Positions 25,327 to 34,610 of a DNA stretch of 63,152 nt are shown here, piece by piece (the first letter of the stretch is position 1; each line of letters opens with the position of its first letter). Position numbers and translations under genes: made by a program. The notes under the pieces are model-generated. The model made no database searches. It was not told the origin of the DNA and saw nothing but the letters and a program-made list of their open reading frames with translations. The stretch is from Nanobdellota archaeon (GTDB taxonomy: Archaea > Nanobdellota > Nanobdellia > Pacearchaeales > GW2011-AR1), in the NCBI GenBank assembly GCA_018818285.1, contig JAHIRT010000032.1, forward strand, positions 1 through 63,152, given 5' to 3'.

Positions 25327-26436
25327 TTATTCATAAAAATCAATTCCAAGTTCATCACTCATTTCATCTCTTGCTCTTTCTTCTTTTGTTTCTTTATGCC
25401 CGAGAATTTGTGTGCTTTTTACTCCTGTAACAATCAGCATTACTCTTATTGATTTTTCCATATCAGGAGAAATCTGAGCTCCCCAAATTAATTTTACATC
25501 TTCACTCATTTGATTTCCAACATATTCTATTATTGATTTTGATTCATCTAAACTTAAATCTGGGCCTCCGATAATATTTACTAAAACTCCTGTAGCAGTG
25601 CTGACATCCACATCGAGCAAAGGATTTTGCAATGCTTTTTCAACAGCTTCTATTGCTCTTGTTTGAGTATCTGATTCTCCCATTCCAATTAAACTGACTC
25701 CCCCATTTGTCATAACTGTTTTAACATCTGCAAAATCAAGATTAACTAAACCTGTTTTTGTTACTAACTCTGTTGTTCCTTTTACTGCATTAGTGAGAAT
25801 TTCATCAGCAACTTTAAATGCTGTTTGAATTGGCAATTCTGGAGCAAGCTCTAGTAATTTATCATTTGGGATTACAATTAAAGTATCAACAACACTTTCT
25901 AATTTTTCTAAACCATATTCAGCATTTTCAATTCTTTTTCTTCCTTCTATTGAAAATGGCAAAGTAACAATGCCAATTGTAAGAGCCCCTGATTTTTTAG
26001 ATGCTTCTGCTATTACAGGGGCAGCCCCGGTTCCTGTTCCTCCACCTAAACCACAGGTGATAAAAATCATATCACTTCCAGCTAATTTCTTTTTTAATTC
26101 ATGTTCAGATTCTCTTGCTGCTTCTTCTCCGACTTGAGGATTGCTTCCAGCTCCAAGTCCTTTTGTAAGTTCTCTTCCTATTAGAATTTTATAGTCTGCA
26201 TTAGCGTATAATAAATCCTGAGCATCAGTATTTGCAGCTATTAACTCACAGCCCTTTATTCCTATTTCTCTCATTCTGCTTATTGTGTTCCCTCCTCCGC
26301 CTCCAACACCAATTACTTTTATTTTTGCAGATTGTTTTTTTAGAAGCTCCTCTAATTCTCTGTCAATATCCTGCACCTCTCTATCTTGAAAACTTGTATG
26401 TTCCTGATCCTGAGGATTTTGTAGTAAATCATCCAT
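25327..26436 (-). CDS. ftsZ: cell division GTPase FtsZ
   Basis: GVGGGGGNT, the tubulin signature GLGGGTGTGAAPV, and NLDFADV. Confidence 0.95.
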   Translation of the reverse strand: MDDLLQNPQDQEHTSFQDREVQDIDRELEELLKKQSAKIKVIGVGGGGGNTISRMREIGIKGCELIAANTDAQDLLYANADYKILIGRELTKGLGAGSNPQVGEEAARESEHELKKKLAGSDMIFITCGLGGGTGTGAAPVIAEASKKSGALTIGIVTLPFSIEGRKRIENAEYGLEKLESVVDTLIVIPNDKLLELAPELPIQTAFKVADEILTNAVKGTTELVTKTGLVNLDFADVKTVMTNGGVSLIGMGESDTQTRAIEAVEKALQNPLLDVDVSTATGVLVNIIGGPDLSLDESKSIIEYVGNQMSEDVKLIWGAQISPDMEKSIRVMLIVTGVKSTQILGHKETKEERARDEMSDELGIDFYE

Positions 26437-26521
26437 AATTTATTTTGTTATACAAACTTTTTAAAGATTTATGTGTTGTTTTGATATAGAATTGAGAATA
26501 CTAATTAATCTAATAATTTAA

Positions 26522-27196
26522 TTATTTTTTATTTATTGGTTTTTCTTTGGTCTTAATTTCTAAATCCAAATCAAGTATTTCCTTGAATTTTGGCTTAAAT
26601 ATTTCAATGAATTTTTCAAATCCTTTTTCTGCTTCAATTACAAGTTTTTTTGTTTCAATTTTAAATTGAAAATCTTTTCTGAAAAAAATCTGCATTAGTG
26701 CCTTTACTTTTTCATTTTGTTCTGTGATTAATTTTTCTATTTTTATATCATATACAACATCTTTTCCTGCAATTGGATTATTAAAATCAACTATAACGCG
26801 CCCTCCTGAAACTGCAGTTATTTTTCCTATTAAATTGTCAAATTGAAAGACCATTCCTGGATGGGGCGGCATATTCTGCTCTTTGAATTTTGAAGATGGA
26901 ATTATTTTTATCATCTCTCTTTTTCTCGAACCAAATGCTTTTTCTGGAGAAAGCTCTAAAGTGTATTTTTCTCCTATTTCTTTTCCTTCTAAGAACTCAT
27001 CTATTGCTGGGAGAATCATATTTTCTCCTATGCAAATAATCAAAGGGCGGGTTTTAATATCAAGATTTATTTTTTTAGCATCTTCTTCTATGTTTGTATC
27101 AAAGATATCTCCATCTTTGACTTTTCCAGTATACTTAATTTCAATAAAATCTTTTTTCTTTAGTTTTTGTTTTGGTTGCATTAAAAAGAAATTCAA
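26522..27196 (-). CDS. FKBP-type peptidyl-prolyl cis-trans isomerase (long archaeal SlyD-like form)
   Basis: IKYTGKVKDGDIFDTN...ILPAIDEFLEGKEIGEKYTLELSPEKAFG...VDFNNPIAGKD. The start may instead be the ATG at 27181. Confidence 0.82.
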   Translation of the reverse strand: MNFFLMQPKQKLKKKDFIEIKYTGKVKDGDIFDTNIEEDAKKINLDIKTRPLIICIGENMILPAIDEFLEGKEIGEKYTLELSPEKAFGSRKREMIKIIPSSKFKEQNMPPHPGMVFQFDNLIGKITAVSGGRVIVDFNNPIAGKDVVYDIKIEKLITEQNEKVKALMQIFFRKDFQFKIETKKLVIEAEKGFEKFIEIFKPKFKEILDLDLEIKTKEKPINKK

Positions 27197-27231
27197 GAAA
27201 GCTTTATAAAGTTAATTTTTTTGAGTTAGTT

Positions 27232-27621
27232 ATGGCTTTTAAATTAATTAATGCTACTGAAGCAAAAAGCGGCACTTCTGTGATATTGGAAGGAGCTCCT
27301 TGTATTGTAAAAGGCACAGATATAAGCAAAACAGGAAAGCATGGACATGCAAAAGTTAGGATGGAAGCTATTGGAATTTTTGATGGTAAAAAAAGAGTTC
27401 TTGTTATTCCTGGACATGAAAGGCTTGAAGTCCCATTAATTAAAAAATTAAAGGCACAGGTTCTTAATGTAAATGGAGACAAAGCAAGTATAATGGATTT
27501 AGAAAGTTTTGAAACAATTGATGTTCAAATTGCTGATGAACTAAAAGGAGAAATCAAAGGAGAGGATAATGTTGAATATTGGGATGTAAATGGAGAGAAG
27601 ATAATTAAGAGGAAGAGTTGA
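27232..27621 (+). CDS. eif5a: translation initiation factor 5A (aIF5A)
   Basis: Hypusine-site motif SKTGKHGHAK. The start is set at MAFKLINATE. Confidence 0.9.
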   Translation: MAFKLINATEAKSGTSVILEGAPCIVKGTDISKTGKHGHAKVRMEAIGIFDGKKRVLVIPGHERLEVPLIKKLKAQVLNVNGDKASIMDLESFETIDVQIADELKGEIKGEDNVEYWDVNGEKIIKRKS

Positions 27622-27653
27622 GATATTAATTAAATTTAAGGAAAAAATTTAAC

Positions 27654-27818
27654 ATGGCAACAAAAATACCAGCAGCACAGCAAAGAATGTTTAGGAATGT
27701 TTTTATTTGTAAATGTTGCAAAAGCAAAATCAGGGCAGATCCTAAAAAAATCATCGAGGGAAAAATAACATGCCGGAAATGTAAAAAGAGGGCTTTCCGC
27801 ACTGTTAGAAAGAAATAA
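27654..27818 (+). CDS. rpl40e: 50S ribosomal protein L40e (eL40), 54 aa
   Basis: Hand translation gives MATKIPAAQQRMFRNVFICKCCKSKIRADPKKIIEGKITCRKCKKRAFRTVRKK, a CxxC...CxxC ribbon with a basic C-terminus as in archaeal eL40. Not in the ORF track. Confidence 0.75.
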   Translation: MATKIPAAQQRMFRNVFICKCCKSKIRADPKKIIEGKITCRKCKKRAFRTVRKK

Positions 27819-27827
27819 AAATCTAAA

Positions 27828-29267
27828 ATGGATTTTATGTTTTATGACTTATTTTTTCTTGTAATTTTTGTTATTATTTCAGCATTGTTTATTTTTTTTA
27901 ATAAAAAGAATTTGAAAAGAGAAGGAATAATTTATTTATACAGAACTCAGATTGGAACAAAAATTATAAATTATATTGGTGGGAAATACAAAAGAACTCT
28001 TAATGTTTTGAAGTATTTTTCAATTTTAATTGGTTATGTTTTGATGGTGGGGATAATATTTTTATTTGGAAGAAGTGTTTATATTTATGCTAGATATCCT
28101 CAAATAACTGATATGATTAAAGCTCCTCCAATTGCTCCAGTTATCCCTTATTTTCCAAAATTATTTCATATGGAAAGTTTTTTCCCTCCTTTTTATTTTA
28201 CATATTTTATTCTTGCTCTTGCAATAGTTGCAATAGTTCATGAATTTGCTCATGGAATTTTTATGAAGCATAATAAAATCAAAATTAAAAGCACCGGGAT
28301 AGCATTTCTTGGGCCTATTCTCGGAGCATTTGTAGAGCAGGATGAAACAAGCATGAAAAAAATAAAAAAAACAGACCAAATGGCAATTCTATCAGCAGGT
28401 GTTTTTGCCAATATAATTTTTGCTGGAATTTTTTTGTTAATATGGGCTGGAATTTTTTATTTAACTTTTACTCCGTCAGGAGTTTTATTTGATACATATT
28501 TAATAAGTGCTGTTAATGTAAGTGATATAAATTTTGTAAATGGAATTTCCATTGAGAATCCTGCAAACCAAAAATTAGTGGGCATGATTAATAGAGATGA
28601 GATTTCAGACAAATCAACTTTAGGAGGGGGAGATAATTTTACAGAGATAATTGCTAGTGGCGAGAAATATTATATAAAAAGTATTGATTTAAAAAAACAA
28701 TTGGAAACAAATAATAATTTTGCTGTGCTATATCCTGATTTGCCTGCAATAAACATTGGATTGAAGGGGATAATTATTGAAGTTAATGGGAATAAAATTG
28801 AAACTCATAAACAATTAATGGAAGTAATGCAGGATAAAAAACCTCAAGAGACGATAAATCTAAAAACAAATTATAATGGAGAAATAAATGAATATGACTT
28901 TGCATTGGGACAGTATCAAGATTATTCTGAAAGAGGAACAATAGGAATTATTAATTTTGAGGTAAGCAAAAGAATTGAGGATCAATTTGCTTTTTTTAAA
29001 AATAAATTCACAGACTATAAAATAAAGAATGAATTTATGTTATTTTTATATTACTTAATTTTCTGGATTTTCTTTTTTAATCTGCTTGTTGCTTTTTTTA
29101 ATATGTTGCCCTTTGCAATATTAGATGGAGGGAGATTTTTTTATTTAGTATTATTGGGAATAACAAATAATGAGAAAATTTCAAAAAGAATATACAAATT
29201 TATGGGTTTAGGAATTCTTTTCTTTTTAACTTTGCTAATGGCAATTTGGTTTTTTAGGATTATTTAG
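27828..29267 (+). CDS. site-2 protease family (M50) intramembrane metalloprotease
   Basis: HEFAHG zinc motif inside a TM helix, distal NMLPFAILDGG motif, and a central soluble insert. Confidence 0.85.
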   Translation: MDFMFYDLFFLVIFVIISALFIFFNKKNLKREGIIYLYRTQIGTKIINYIGGKYKRTLNVLKYFSILIGYVLMVGIIFLFGRSVYIYARYPQITDMIKAPPIAPVIPYFPKLFHMESFFPPFYFTYFILALAIVAIVHEFAHGIFMKHNKIKIKSTGIAFLGPILGAFVEQDETSMKKIKKTDQMAILSAGVFANIIFAGIFLLIWAGIFYLTFTPSGVLFDTYLISAVNVSDINFVNGISIENPANQKLVGMINRDEISDKSTLGGGDNFTEIIASGEKYYIKSIDLKKQLETNNNFAVLYPDLPAINIGLKGIIIEVNGNKIETHKQLMEVMQDKKPQETINLKTNYNGEINEYDFALGQYQDYSERGTIGIINFEVSKRIEDQFAFFKNKFTDYKIKNEFMLFLYYLIFWIFFFNLLVAFFNMLPFAILDGGRFFYLVLLGITNNEKISKRIYKFMGLGILFFLTLLMAIWFFRII

Positions 29268-29429
29268 CAATTTATTGTTAGTTAACTATAGTTTACATAA
29301 TTTCAAACAAAAATAACCGACGGTATTTTTGTTATTATGCAAAAAAAGAAAGATATTTAAAGAAAAGAGTTGTTGATTTATTGATTTTGAAGTCTAAAAG
29401 ATTTCAATAATAAATAAAAAGAGGTTAAA

Positions 29430-29570
29430 ATGGCAAAAAAGAAAGCTGCTAAGAAAAAAAAGGTAGTTAAAAAGAAAAAAGTGGTAAAAAGAAAAGTTTC
29501 TAAAAAGAAACCAGTAAAGAAAAAAGTGATTAAGAAAAAGAAAGCTGCTAAGAAAAAAAAGAAAAGATAA
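29430..29570 (+). CDS. 46-aa poly-lysine protein (MAKKKAAKKKKVVKKKKVVKRKVSKKKPVKKKVIKKKKAAKKKKKR)
   Basis: Hand-translated. An SD-like GAGGT lies 5 nt before the ATG and T-rich tracts follow the stop. AAGAAAGCTGCTAAGAAAAAAAA is repeated at both ends. Confidence 0.45.
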   Translation: MAKKKAAKKKKVVKKKKVVKRKVSKKKPVKKKVIKKKKAAKKKKKR

Positions 29571-29681
29571 ATTTAATTTTTGTTTTTTCTTTTTATTATT
29601 TTTATTTAATTTGGTTTTGAAACTTTTTTTAAGTTTTCTTCACTTAGTTAGATTTATAATCAAATAAAATCTAAAATTCTT

Positions 29682-30647
29682 ATGTTAAAAAAAAATATAA
29701 AAAAGATTTTAGAAAAAGCACATTATTCTGTTGTTGGAAAACATTCTGCTGTGCAAATCTGCAGGTGGACAAAAAAATCTTTAATTGATGAGGGATTTTG
29801 TTATAAGGAGAAATTTTATGGAATAAAAAGTCATTTGTGCTGTCAGATGAGCCCGTATATTTCCTGCCAAAATGAATGTGTTCATTGTTGGCGTCCAATA
29901 GAATTAGAATCTGGGGTTAGTATAAAACCAAGAATTAAAGAGATTAATAGTCCTAAGAAAATAATTTCTGATTGTATTAAGGCTCAAAGAAAGTTGTTAT
30001 CGGGTTTTGGTGGAAATGATAAATTAAATTTAAAGAAATTTAAAGAAGCTCAGGAACCCAAATTATTTGCTATCTCTCTTATTGGAGAACCAACAATCTA
30101 TCCAAAGTTAGGAGAACTTATAAAGGAATTAAAAAAACAAAATAAACAAAGTTTTCTTGTGACAAATGGTTTGTATCCTAAAAAATTGTTAGAATTAAAA
30201 AAGAAAAATCAACTGCCAACACAAGTTTATGTTTCTTTAAATTCTCCGAATAAAGAAATGTATTTAAAATGGCATAGAAGCAAAGAGAAAAATGCTTGGG
30301 AGAAATTTAATCAAACATTAGAGTTGCTCCCTAAATTAAATACAAGAAAAGTAATAAGAATGACATTAGTAAAAGATTTGAATATGAAGAATACAAAGGA
30401 ATATGCTCAATTAATAAAAAAAGCGAGTCCTGATTTTATTGAAATAAAGGGTTTTATGTCTGTAGGATTTTCAAGAAAAAGATTAGGATATGATAGAATG
30501 CCAAACCATAAAGAAATCAAAGAGTTTTCTAAAAAAATTGAGAGAGAATTGAAAAAAGAGAGATATAAATTTTTAGATGAAAAAATAGAAAGCCGGGTTG
30601 TGCTTCTTGGAAAAGATAAAAGCGAAATGTTCATTAAAAATTGTTAA
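29682..30647 (+). CDS. taw1: 4-demethylwyosine synthase Taw1/TYW1 (radical SAM)
   Basis: HYSVVGKHSAVQICRWTKKSL...CYKEKFYGIKSH.C.QMSP...C...C.HCWR is the TYW1 signature with two Cys clusters. Confidence 0.85.
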   Translation: MLKKNIKKILEKAHYSVVGKHSAVQICRWTKKSLIDEGFCYKEKFYGIKSHLCCQMSPYISCQNECVHCWRPIELESGVSIKPRIKEINSPKKIISDCIKAQRKLLSGFGGNDKLNLKKFKEAQEPKLFAISLIGEPTIYPKLGELIKELKKQNKQSFLVTNGLYPKKLLELKKKNQLPTQVYVSLNSPNKEMYLKWHRSKEKNAWEKFNQTLELLPKLNTRKVIRMTLVKDLNMKNTKEYAQLIKKASPDFIEIKGFMSVGFSRKRLGYDRMPNHKEIKEFSKKIERELKKERYKFLDEKIESRVVLLGKDKSEMFIKNC

Positions 30648-30798
30648 GTTTGTGTCAATTTATTTAATAAATGAAACTTATTAATTCATTAAAAATATTC
30701 TTGGGTTACCTAATTCTTATGTAAAAGTCCTTAATTGTTTCTATTAGCTGGATAATTAAGAGCCTATAAATTTAAAAAGAAGTTATTGCAGATTTTTT

Positions 30799-31353
30799 AT
30801 GGATTGTGAAAATAATTATCCATTTAATTTAATGCGTATGGAAGCTCAAAAAGCATTTATAGAAAGAAATTTAAGATGGGTTGCTTTGAGATTTGGATTG
30901 AGTTCTCAAGAAAAAGAAAAGTTATTTGGTGTTTTAGAGTTTGTGATAACAGATTCAACAAATTATGCAAAAAAAACTCCTCAAAAATACCAAACCTCTT
31001 GGAGATATCAAAGACTTTTGGGTTATAATACGAAGAAATATGTGCTAAGAGTTATGCAAAGAATAGGACAGAATATTAAAAAAAGTCATAATGCAAGAGA
31101 TGTTGTAGTTAAAGAAACTCCTGAAGATATCTGTATGAGAAAAGAAGAAGAAGAATTTTTAATGAGTAGCTTAAAGGAACTTGATTTAAGGGAAAGATTT
31201 GTTTTAGAAAGTCATTATGGATTAGATGAAGCTTATTATGGACATGAATTTAGTCTTGAAGAGATTGGAAATTCCTTAGGAATTACAAGGGAGAGAGTTA
31301 GACAAATTAAAATCAAAGGTTTAAGAGAATTAAACAATACAATTAGTTCTTGA
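30799..31353 (+). CDS. sigma-70-family-like protein (region 2-like plus region 4 HTH)
   Basis: The C-terminus LRERFVLESHYGLDEAYYGHEFSLEEIGNSLGITRERVRQIKIKGLRELN matches the bacterial region 4.1/4.2 pattern REREVLxLRFGL...TLEEIGxxxGVTRERIRQIExKALRKL. The N-terminal AFIERNLRWVALRF resembles region 2.1/2.2 (LIExNLRLVVSIA). Confidence 0.6.
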   Translation: MDCENNYPFNLMRMEAQKAFIERNLRWVALRFGLSSQEKEKLFGVLEFVITDSTNYAKKTPQKYQTSWRYQRLLGYNTKKYVLRVMQRIGQNIKKSHNARDVVVKETPEDICMRKEEEEFLMSSLKELDLRERFVLESHYGLDEAYYGHEFSLEEIGNSLGITRERVRQIKIKGLRELNNTISS

Positions 31354-31364
31354 ATTTTTTGATT

Positions 31365-31715
31365 TTAAAGATAAACAATTCCTTCTTTAGTCAAAGCAGT
31401 AAATCTCACTCCTGCTGGCAGGGACAATAATGCTGAAATTAGTGCCATGTGCTCTTTGCCATCTCCTGAAGCAATAGACAATGCAACTTCTGTTCCCTTT
31501 ATTTTATTTTTTATTTTTTCTTGAATTTGTTTTTTCAAATCAACTAAGGACTGTTCTGTTTTTATTTTTATGAATTCATGTTTTTTATTTGTTGTAAATT
31601 TTTCTGCAAATTCACTTCCAATTAAGATTATGTTTTCCCATTCTCCCCGGTTTATAAGTCCTGCAACCTGCCCCCATGCTCCTTGTCCAGCTGATAATAA
31701 TGCAACTAATTCCAT
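31365..31715 (-). CDS. hypothetical small alpha/beta protein (116 aa)
   Basis: Clean ORF with a beta1-Gly-rich start (ELVALLSAGQGAWGQV) and a late SGDGKEHMALISALL segment. No family recognised. Confidence 0.5.
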   Translation of the reverse strand: MELVALLSAGQGAWGQVAGLINRGEWENIILIGSEFAEKFTTNKKHEFIKIKTEQSLVDLKKQIQEKIKNKIKGTEVALSIASGDGKEHMALISALLSLPAGVRFTALTKEGIVYL

Positions 31716-31818
31716 AACAAATAAAGTTTTAATGTGTTTAAAAGAATTTGTGTGATAAATTATGGAGTAATCTTGTCAGAATCAAAAAGACTATAAACTA
31801 TAAAATTTATTTGTTAGC

Positions 31819-32607
31819 ATGAAGATTTCAGTTATAATCCCAGCATATAATGAAGAAAACAGAATTGCAAGGACATTAAATGAATATGGAAATTTTTTTA
31901 GTAAAAAAAAGAAAAACACCCAAGAATTTTTTGATTTTGAAATTATAGTTGTAGCAAATGCTTGCAAGGACAATACTGTTAGTGTTGCAAAAGAAGTTCA
32001 AAGAAAGCACAAAGAAATAAAAATTTTAGATTTTAAAAAAGGAGGGAAGGGGTTTGCAGTAAAGGAAGGATTTAAAGAAGCCCTGAATTCCAAATCAGAC
32101 TTAATTGGATATGTTGATGCTGATATGGCAACTTCTCCTGATGCTTTTTATGATTTAATAGAAAACATAAGAAATTATGATGGTGTTCTTGCAAGCAGAT
32201 ACATTAAAGGCGCTGTTTTAAATCCAAAACCAACATTTATCCGGAAATGTGCAAGTGTTATTTTCAATTTTTTAGTAAGAAGTCTTTTTTTCATTCCTTA
32301 TAGAGATAGTCAGTGTGGAGCTAAAATTTTTAAAAGAAAAGTTATTGAAAAAGTCCTGCCAAAACTTACTATGTCTCAATGGGCATTTGATATTGATTTG
32401 TTGTATAATGCAAAAAAGTCAGGAGCTAAGATTAAAGAGATTCCAACATTTTGGAGAGAAATGAAAGGAAGCAAGATAAACCTAAAAAAATCAAGCATAC
32501 AAATGTTTCTTGCTGTTATTCAATTGAGAATATTAAATTCAAAACTTAAAAAAAGCTGGAAGTTTTTCAAGCCTTTTGCAGGAATGCTTTACTGGATTGT
32601 GAGATAA
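31819..32607 (+). CDS. family 2 glycosyltransferase (dolichyl-phosphate sugar synthase-like)
   Basis: ISVIIPAYNEENRI, DADMATSP (DxD), and a C-terminal hydrophobic segment. Confidence 0.85.
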   Translation: MKISVIIPAYNEENRIARTLNEYGNFFSKKKKNTQEFFDFEIIVVANACKDNTVSVAKEVQRKHKEIKILDFKKGGKGFAVKEGFKEALNSKSDLIGYVDADMATSPDAFYDLIENIRNYDGVLASRYIKGAVLNPKPTFIRKCASVIFNFLVRSLFFIPYRDSQCGAKIFKRKVIEKVLPKLTMSQWAFDIDLLYNAKKSGAKIKEIPTFWREMKGSKINLKKSSIQMFLAVIQLRILNSKLKKSWKFFKPFAGMLYWIVR

Positions 32608-32610
32608 AGA

Positions 32611-33369
32611 CTAATCTTCTAATGTCCTAATATCCCCACCACAAATTGTATATGTTTTTCCTGTATCTTGATAATCTGAAACAATAGACAATGCTAAATC
32701 TGCAATATCTTTTGGCTGATTTACTCTTCCTGAAGGAATTTTTGCTTCTATTTCCTTTCTTATTTCAGAGTCTTTCAAATAAAGAGTCATGTCTGTTTCT
32801 GTATAACCCGGAGCAATGCAATTTACTCTTATTTTTGGAGCAAGTGTTAAAGATAGACATTTGCTAAGATAAATCATTCCTGATTTTGAAAGTCCATAAG
32901 GAATTCCCTTATTATTTTTTGGTGTTATGCCTGCATCAGAGGCTATATTAATTATTAATCCATTTTCCTGATTTAACATTTGTTTTGCAACAGCTTGAGA
33001 ACAAAAGAACATGCTTTTAAGATTTGTTCCAAGAACTTTATCAAAAGTTTGTGAATCATATTCAAGGAATGCTTTTCTTGGGAAAATTCCAGCATTATTC
33101 ACTAAAATATCAATTCTTCCATATTTGTTGACTATTTTTTGAATCATTGATTCTATTTCTTCAGCATTAGAAACATCTGCCTGAACTAAACAAACTTCTC
33201 TTCCCATGGCTTTAATTTGCTGTTCAACTCCTTTTGCTTGTTTTTCAGAATTGTGATAATTAACAGCTACTTTTGCCCCTTGCTCTGCAAACACTAAAGC
33301 AATTGCTTTTCCAATTCCCTTTGATGCTCCTGTGATTAATGCCACTTTGTTTTCTAATTTTAAGTCCAT
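32611..33369 (-). CDS. short-chain dehydrogenase/reductase (FabG-like)
   Basis: TGASKGIGKA, NNAG, catalytic YGLSK. Confidence 0.88.
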   Translation of the reverse strand: MDLKLENKVALITGASKGIGKAIALVFAEQGAKVAVNYHNSEKQAKGVEQQIKAMGREVCLVQADVSNAEEIESMIQKIVNKYGRIDILVNNAGIFPRKAFLEYDSQTFDKVLGTNLKSMFFCSQAVAKQMLNQENGLIINIASDAGITPKNNKGIPYGLSKSGMIYLSKCLSLTLAPKIRVNCIAPGYTETDMTLYLKDSEIRKEIEAKIPSGRVNQPKDIADLALSIVSDYQDTGKTYTICGGDIRTLED

Positions 33370-33407
33370 TATTTTTGGGGTTTATTTAAGTTTATAAATT
33401 TTACTTA

Positions 33408-34610
33408 TTAGAGGAAATACTCTCCTATTTCTTCTGCAACTTGTAATTGCTCAATTTTTTCAGGATGTTGAATTAAATCTTCAATAAACCAGTTTATGTC
33501 ATTATAAAGACAGGTTACATTTTTGCATTCATTGTAAGCATTGAAATCTTTGATTTTTTCAGCTGTTTTTAGTTTTGTTTTTTTGTAGTTTTCTTCATCA
33601 GCATAAGCATTTTTGTCTCCAATTTTTGCTTTTTCAATATTTCTAAATCCTGGACAAATAAAGGCTCCTAATGGACTTAAAACTCCTCTAAAAAAAATCA
33701 TATGGCAGTTTTTAGGCTGTTTAATATTCCTGAAATTGCCATTTTCCAGAGCTTTTAAGTTATTAGATTCTCTAACTTCAAAACTGTCTGTTTCTAATTT
33801 TTTGGCTTCTTGAATAGATTCTCTGATTTTTCTAATTGTTTCTTGATATTCTTCTGAAGAGTGGATTATTCCAATCAGTTCTGCAGAATTTTCTGGACTT
33901 CTTTCTAAAAAAGGTTTTATTGAAATATAATTAAATCCATTATTTTTTGCTAATCTTGCAGCATCAACAATCTCATCAATGTTTGATATAACTTTCCCAT
34001 CATGAATATTACTCCATGTCACAACATAGGAAAATCCAATTGTCAAATTTTTATGCTTCTTTTTTATTTCATAAACATCTTTACAAATTTTTTTTAAACT
34101 TGTTTCAATTCTTGGATTGTGCATCTTTTGAAATGTTTCTTCTTTTCCAGAATCCAGAGAAAGCCTTATCCAGTCATTATTATCAAATAAATGAGCAATT
34201 TCGCTGATTTTTTCCATATTACTTCCATTTGTAACAATTCCGATTTTGATTCCTTTTTCTTTTAAAAAAATAATTATTTCTCCCAATTTAGGATAAAGTG
34301 TAGGTTCTCCTCCACCAATAAGAATAACTGACTTTAAGCCTTTTTTTGACATTCTATCAAGAGAGTTTAACAAGTTTTCATGTTCAAACATAATTTGTTG
34401 ATTAAGAATATCTAAATCAATACAATGAGTACATCTAAAATTGCAGGCGGTTGTTAAATCAAGATTAATAGAAATTGGAGCAAAATCAGGAAGGTTGCCT
34501 AATATAGTTAAATCTCCATCCTGAATTTTCCTTTGCCATTTAGCATATTCTTTTAATCTATTGATTAAAGAGGGCTGTAATAATTTTCTGCAAAAATCAT
34601 AAACTTTCAC
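33408..34610 (-). CDS. radical SAM protein
   Basis: CNFRCTHC (CxxxCxxC), GGGEP, additional C-terminal Cys residues. It overlaps the upstream nucleotidyltransferase gene by 4 nt. Confidence 0.8.
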   Translation of the reverse strand: MKVYDFCRKLLQPSLINRLKEYAKWQRKIQDGDLTILGNLPDFAPISINLDLTTACNFRCTHCIDLDILNQQIMFEHENLLNSLDRMSKKGLKSVILIGGGEPTLYPKLGEIIIFLKEKGIKIGIVTNGSNMEKISEIAHLFDNNDWIRLSLDSGKEETFQKMHNPRIETSLKKICKDVYEIKKKHKNLTIGFSYVVTWSNIHDGKVISNIDEIVDAARLAKNNGFNYISIKPFLERSPENSAELIGIIHSSEEYQETIRKIRESIQEAKKLETDSFEVRESNNLKALENGNFRNIKQPKNCHMIFFRGVLSPLGAFICPGFRNIEKAKIGDKNAYADEENYKKTKLKTAEKIKDFNAYNECKNVTCLYNDINWFIEDLIQHPEKIEQLQVAEEIGEYFL

